A program made the position numbers and the translations under genes. Of a stretch of DNA of 44,456 bases, positions 43,736-44,456 are shown piece by piece; the stretch's first letter is position 1; the number at the start of each line of letters is the position of its first letter. Source of the DNA: Acutalibacteraceae bacterium (GTDB lineage: Bacteria > Bacillota > Clostridia > Oscillospirales > Acutalibacteraceae); contig JAZQWD010000082.1 in assembly GCA_045632165.1 (NCBI GenBank), positions 1 to 44,456 on the forward strand, given 5' to 3'. A model generated the notes under the pieces. It was not told the origin of the DNA. It did no database searches and saw only the letters and a list, made by a program, of their open reading frames with translations.

Positions 43736-44456
43736 TGATTTCAGAGATGCTACTGAAGGTCAAAACCTTATTGCTGACGGTCGTGTTTACAGCGACGGCA
43801 ATACCAATACTGCTATATCATACGATACAAATGAAAATGCTGTAAAAATTGCTTCTAAAGGCACTAACGCAAACAGATTCTTCTTCGATAGTAAAATCAA
43901 TACAACAAGAGGCGCAACCGTTGCCGATGTTAAAAAATACCCTGTTTTTGCTATGAAGGTTAAGTTTTCTAACCCAAGTCTTAACTTCGGCGGTATCGTA
44001 CCCGGTACCTGTAGCTCGGCCGGTGAACTTTGCGGATATGTTGCTACCGATACAGTTGAAACCGGTGCTTACCAAATTATTGTTTGGGATGGTTCAAATT
44101 ATTCACATAACCGCTGGAACAATGCTTGGAAGCGTGTTCTTGGTGCATTAGCGCCCAATGGCACAACCCCAACTACCAATGACTGTATGTGGGTTCAGTG
44201 GGCAGGTGTATTTGAGAGTGTTGAAGATGCTTACGCTTACGATACCGATTGCGCATCTCCCTACTTCTACAATTACGAAGATGAAACCGATATACAAAAA
44301 TTAATGGCTAAAAAATACATCATAGCTGAAAATAATGTTGCTTTTAGCTATAACGCAACAGAACAAGCATTAGAAATTAATCCAACCGATGTTGGTGCCA
44401 AATCTAACCATCGTTTCTCTGTTATTCCTACCGCCCGCACAACACCTGTTGCAACT
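43098..44456 (+). CDS. Paralogue of the tandem-repeat surface protein, partial (453 codons, continues beyond the right edge)
   Basis: An ATG follows the GGAGG RBS. Translation gives MKKLLAILCTIALIATCCAVSFTAFAAETATTSPALYNFTTKAETDKWVGLRILEFNG... and the frame stays open to the window end. The WIQWAG and WVQWAG motifs are at 43653 and 44190. The ORF is not in the track because it has no stop in the window. Confidence 0.85.
   Translation, partial: MKKLLAILCTIALIATCCAVSFTAFAAETATTSPALYNFTTKAETDKWVGLRILEFNGNTKFEYDAEQQALKVSPKDITKPKACQFTLGMANKTTNVSDYPVIAFKVKANNRTRNTCGIWPGTKVEGRSIYSCGDVCTFYDRTGNWDLIIYDGSKANLAGYEGKWDSIIVRLMSDSEIPNETDYTWIQWAGVFKSVEDVYAYDTSMAPSPFFYDFRDATEGQNLIADGRVYSDGNTNTAISYDTNENAVKIASKGTNANRFFFDSKINTTRGATVADVKKYPVFAMKVKFSNPSLNFGGIVPGTCSSAGELCGYVATDTVETGAYQIIVWDGSNYSHNRWNNAWKRVLGALAPNGTTPTTNDCMWVQWAGVFESVEDAYAYDTDCASPYFYNYEDETDIQKLMAKKYIIAENNVAFSYNATEQALEINPTDVGAKSNHRFSVIPTARTTPVAT

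Noticed and set aside
1-44456. Phage-defence, toxin-antitoxin, secondary-metabolite or secretion-system genes
   Set aside because: I recognised no nuclease, helicase, methylase, toxin, NRPS/PKS or secretion ATPase signatures. Every sizeable ORF fits carbohydrate capture, transport, catabolism or regulation, or is an exported protein of unknown function.

Overview
This window looks like a glycan-utilisation island from a low-GC Gram-positive, probably a Clostridia-like organism. The evidence for that is GGAGG/AAGGTGA ribosome-binding sites, frequent GTG/TTG starts, and lipoprotein boxes of the L-A-G-C type. I saw no rRNA, tRNA, CRISPR array, transposase or integrase. About 35 real CDS fall into a few tightly packed blocks.

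(1) 1-1774 (-): an AraC regulator plus a nucleoside-hydrolase-like gene that is cut by the left edge.

(2) 1961-7617 (+): two pairs of a xylose-isomerase-like TIM barrel and a Gfo/Idh/MocA oxidoreductase, flanking a DUF4965/DUF1793 (glutaminase-A-like) protein.

(3) 7662-31630 (-): a roughly 24-kb, 17-gene co-directional array. In transcription order it encodes ribokinase, a 1385-aa cell-surface protein built from 7 tandem domains of about 180 aa, a lipoprotein SBP and a BNR/sialidase-fold lipoprotein. A 7-gene cassette follows: a 976-aa CBM-fused SBP, two ABC permeases, an NHL-TPR-Yip1 membrane protein, a 733-aa secreted protein and two more ABC permeases. The array ends with a divergent DHDPS/NanA-family aldolase, a cytoplasmic BNR protein, YhcH, GH43, an AraC regulator and an SGNH esterase.

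(4) 31759-36490 (+): an AraC regulator, then an amino-sugar module of PfkB kinase, class II aldolase, NagB-like deaminase and PIG-L deacetylase.

(5) 36674-40607 (+): a second DUF4965 paralogue, a Gfo/Idh/MocA protein and a DMT transporter.

(6) 40851-44456 (+): a KdsD/KpsF-like SIS isomerase, FucU/RbsD, a third BNR protein, and an inverted, partial paralogue of the repeat surface protein that runs off the right edge.

The best candidates for something undescribed are:
- the dual-permease ABC cassette with its embedded NHL-Yip1 and 733-aa exported proteins;
- the 7x repeat surface-protein family, present as an inverted paralogue pair bracketing 12.4 kb;
- a set of sialidase-fold, aldolase, YhcH, API-like, pyranase and ribokinase genes that together suggest catabolism of a keto-deoxy acidic sugar (Kdo-like or nonulosonic).

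All functional calls come from reading motifs by eye. No database search was possible.
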